From a virus (taxonomy: Duplodnaviria; Heunggongvirae; Uroviricota; Caudoviricetes), in the IMG/VR virus record IMGVR_UViG_2718218127_000001: DNA of 14,646 bases, one strand, 5' to 3'. Shown one piece after another: positions 13,387 to 14,646 of this stretch; the stretch's first letter is position 1; each line of letters starts with the position of its first letter. The translations under genes and the position numbers were made by a program. Under the pieces are notes generated by a model, which saw only the letters and a program-made list of their open reading frames with translations, was not told the origin of the DNA and made no database searches.

Positions 13387-14646
13387 TTACTTCGCCTTTC
13401 TCAGCGGTGTAACGTTGTATTCCTGCCCCTGTTCCAGTGCCACCAGCAATCCCGCCCACTGTGTTAACGCGGCCCGGCGTTCATCAAAGTATTGGTGGCG
13501 GTTATAGATACCCTCCACGCCTTTAATTTTGTGGTTGAGGCATCTTTCAGCCACTACGGGATCAACGCCCAGCGCGGCTAAATGGGTGCGGGCTGTGCGC
13601 CGGAAGTCGTGAATAGTGAAATTCGGCACGTCCGGCATTTCAGCGCGAACCTTAGCCAGTGCTACGGGTAAAGTGCTTTCCTGAATATGTGGGATCATGC
13701 GGTTTTGCATCTTTCTGGCTGGCAGTACCCATGCGCTGTTGCATGAGAACGTTTTAAGCTCTCTCAGCCATTCGACGGCTGGCGGTGCTAATGGAATGTC
13801 TATAGCGTCGCCGTTTTTGCTGCGTTCCTCTGGCAAGCGCCATACGGCTTTATCAAAATCGAACTCCTCCCAGCGGGCGGCGCATAACTCCATTTTGCGG
13901 ACGCATAACGCTAACAGTAATTTGAACGTGATTTCGTTCTGGCGACTGAATCCCTTAGCCGTGCGCATGGCTTTGAATAGCTGGATTAACTCATCGCGGG
14001 TTAACCAGCGGTCACGGGCAACTTCTTTCCCTCCAGCGTCGGCAACCTCAAAGGCTGAACACGGGTTAATCTCCAGTGCGTGCCGCTTAATGCCGTAGTC
14101 AAATATGCGGCGTGTCCAGCGCAGAACGTCCGTTGCTATGGTCGGCGCTCCACGGTCAACAATACCTTTCAGCATGTCATCGATATGGCGCGGCTTCACG
14201 TCCTCCACCTTCATGCTGCCAATGCAGGGGTTTATATCTTTGTCGATACGGCGGCGGAGTATATCGGGGTGCTTCCAGCGCGGAAGGATCTGACGCTCAA
14301 AGTATTCAGCGGCAAGCTCTGAAACGCGCATAGCGTTCTTCTCTGCTTCCATCTTCGCCAGTGCTTCGGTTTTGCGCCTCTGCTTCTCTCCTGCAACGTC
14401 ATAGCCCAGCGCAACGCGAGCCGATAGCTCTTTGGCTGTCTCTCTGGCCTTTGATAGTGATAGCTCGGCATATGAGCCAATCAGCATGGCGCGGGGTTTC
14501 CCTGCGAATTTATAGCGGAATCGCCAGACGGGGGTCTGGTAGTTTTCGCGGTATGAAAGATAAAGCCCGTTACCGTCAGAGCGTCCCTCGAATCGCTCCC
14601 CGGCCTTTATCCATGCGCGGATCTGCATGTCTGTGAGTTTTGGCAT
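13387..14646 (-). CDS. int: P4-type tyrosine integrase, 419 aa; start codon at the window edge
   Basis: Track ORF with ATG at 14644-14646. N-terminal arm-binding-like region (GLYLSYRENYQTPVWRFRYKF) and a C-terminal catalytic region with the HDFRRT...H..Y tyrosine-recombinase pattern. Confidence 0.9.
   Translation of the reverse strand: MPKLTDMQIRAWIKAGERFEGRSDGNGLYLSYRENYQTPVWRFRYKFAGKPRAMLIGSYAELSLSKARETAKELSARVALGYDVAGEKQRRKTEALAKMEAEKNAMRVSELAAEYFERQILPRWKHPDILRRRIDKDINPCIGSMKVEDVKPRHIDDMLKGIVDRGAPTIATDVLRWTRRIFDYGIKRHALEINPCSAFEVADAGGKEVARDRWLTRDELIQLFKAMRTAKGFSRQNEITFKLLLALCVRKMELCAARWEEFDFDKAVWRLPEERSKNGDAIDIPLAPPAVEWLRELKTFSCNSAWVLPARKMQNRMIPHIQESTLPVALAKVRAEMPDVPNFTIHDFRRTARTHLAALGVDPVVAERCLNHKIKGVEGIYNRHQYFDERRAALTQWAGLLVALEQGQEYNVTPLRKAK

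Larger units (their letters stand above)
1269..14646 (-). mobile_element. integrative phage-satellite-like island (PICI / P4-like class); left boundary uncertain, right att site beyond the window
   Basis: Gene order int - cargo - alpA - antirepressor-like - small ORFs - P4-alpha-like primase - iteron ori - accessory operon, all on one strand, with no capsid, tail or lysis genes, next to the chromosomal SOS gene dinD. Confidence 0.7.

Noticed and set aside
12874-13467. Plus-strand ORFs (83 and 103 aa) opposite the cargo gene and the integrase 3' end
   Set aside because: They are antisense to better-supported genes, and the second overlaps the integrase coding region.
1-14646. Search for tRNA, rRNA, IS elements or transposase genes
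   Set aside because: I saw no cloverleaf-like or rRNA-like sequence, no terminal inverted repeats with a transposase, and no DDE or HUH recombinase. The only recombinase is the tyrosine integrase.

Overview
The window holds one chromosomal SOS gene at the left edge (dinD-like, minus strand, with a canonical LexA box at about 871-886) followed by a compact integrative mobile island of roughly 13 kb that is transcribed almost entirely on the minus strand. Reading from the right edge: a P4-type tyrosine integrase, an AT-rich orphan cargo gene, an AlpA-family regulator, an antirepressor-like protein, a ~500-bp structured non-coding leader, six translationally coupled small ORFs, a P4-alpha-like primase/helicase, an iteron-type origin, an operon encoding an SSB-like protein plus a standalone HEAGH metallopeptidase and a secreted protein, and two genes (a 125-aa and a Cys4 zinc-ribbon protein) whose upstream regions share a duplicated regulatory block. 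No capsid, tail or lysis genes, tRNA, rRNA or CRISPR array is recognisable, so the best reading is a phage satellite (PICI / P4-like class), not a full prophage. The most interesting candidates for undescribed biology are the AT-rich integrase-proximal cargo gene and the post-origin SSB/metallopeptidase/secreted-protein operon. All calls come from reading the sequence and the supplied ORF track; no database search was run. The track uses ATG/GTG/TTG starts, so several starts were re-chosen by eye, and small-motif coordinates are approximate to within a few bases.
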